From positions 1,950,001 to 1,982,000 of the forward strand of contig NZ_CP027570.1 of the NCBI RefSeq assembly GCF_003010495.1: a stretch of DNA of 32,000 bases, read 5' to 3'. The translations under genes and the position numbers were made by a program. The notes beneath the pieces are model-generated. The model was not told the origin of the DNA. It saw nothing but the letters and a program-made list of their open reading frames with translations, and searched no databases. Positions 31,715 to 32,000 of this stretch are shown here, piece by piece (the first letter of the stretch is position 1; each line of letters opens with the position of its first letter). Source of the stretch: Megasphaera elsdenii DSM 20460. GTDB taxonomy: Bacteria; Bacillota; Negativicutes; Veillonellales; Megasphaeraceae.

Positions 31715-32000
31715 ATGGACATCCAAAACATCATCATTCAGAAAATAGATTTACCACAGTTCATCAAAGATTACGCTCATGTGGAACTTGTACGCAAAGG
31801 GAATGGCTGGCGGTGTAAATGCCCCATCCATGAGAACTCTGTCAATCCAGAGGCTATGTATGTTGACGACCGTGGCGGTTACTACTGCTTCGCCTGCAAC
31901 TCGGGAGGGAATGTCATCAACTTCCTTTCTGATTACGAGCATATCAGCTACAGTGCCGCCACAGAACGTCTTGCCTCTATGCTGAATATCAACCTCAAAG
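31715..32000 (+). CDS. DNA primase, N-terminal CHC2 zinc-finger domain (partial; continues past window end; absent from ORF track)
   Basis: My translation from ATG 31715 (RBS AGGAGG) is MDIQNIIIQKIDLPQFIKDYAHVELVRKGNGWRCKCPIHENSVNPEAMYVDDRGGYYCFACNSGGNVINFLSDYEHISY... The pattern C.CP.H...C..C..GG.VI.F is the DnaG/phage-primase zinc finger. The frame has no stop up to 32000. Confidence 0.75.
   Translation, partial: MDIQNIIIQKIDLPQFIKDYAHVELVRKGNGWRCKCPIHENSVNPEAMYVDDRGGYYCFACNSGGNVINFLSDYEHISYSAATERLASMLNINLK

Larger units (their letters stand above)
26934..32000. mobile_element. Integrative element (phage-, satellite- or island-like); left end at the lepA junction, right end beyond the window
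   Basis: Base composition drops abruptly to A+T-rich. A tyrosine integrase sits at the junction, followed by Xis-like HTH, Rad52-like, wHTH and primase genes, all with strong GGAGG-type RBSs. Confidence 0.85.

Overview
The window has two parts. (1) Positions 1 to ~26930 are relatively G+C-rich chromosome with Bacillota-type gene order, almost entirely on the + strand. The genes are the glf 3' end and galU, tadA (minus strand), a UPF0126/TRIC-family membrane protein, and a signal-peptide DUF4127 protein. Next come mltG, trmR(yrrM-like), a U32 (YrrO/TrhP-like) gene and a small DUF4911-like ORF. They are followed by a complete glycogen operon (glgC-glgD-glgP-glgB-glgA), a 1132-aa GH13::GH77 (amylase-family::4-alpha-glucanotransferase) fusion, an OLD-family ATPase-Toprim nuclease, topB, and a nifS-like cysteine desulfurase with mnmA. 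Species cannot be assigned from sequence alone; glgD and the yrrL-yrrM-yrrO and yrvO-mnmA synteny indicate Bacillota. (2) From ~26934 to the window end lies a visibly A+T-richer integrative element. It has inserted about 13 codons into lepA (EF4), leaving a 16-codon stub. The element carries a leftward tyrosine integrase and a back-to-back three-promoter control region. Rightward it encodes an Xis/MerR-type HTH, a Rad52-like annealing protein and three winged-HTH genes, two of which are tandem paralogs. These are followed by a ~520-bp non-coding A+T-rich region dense in iterons and hairpins (ori-like), two small ORFs and the 5' end of a CHC2 zinc-finger primase. No repressor gene is visible, so the layout resembles a phage satellite or a small replicative island rather than a standard prophage left arm. 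The second notable layer is a mosaic family of intergenic repeats in the chromosomal part. It comprises ~90-nt palindromic elements, a 41-nt hairpin module, tandem 49-nt hairpin units with a compensatory stem change, and same-orientation arrays of a degenerate 7-nt unit CCAC(G/T)A(G/A). Three of the 7-nt arrays lie directly upstream of extended -10 promoter-like sequences. GlgB also carries an unusual ~70-aa lysine/arginine-rich AT-hook-like tail that begins exactly at an A9 homopolymer. All calls come from reading the sequence and the ORF track; no database search was possible.
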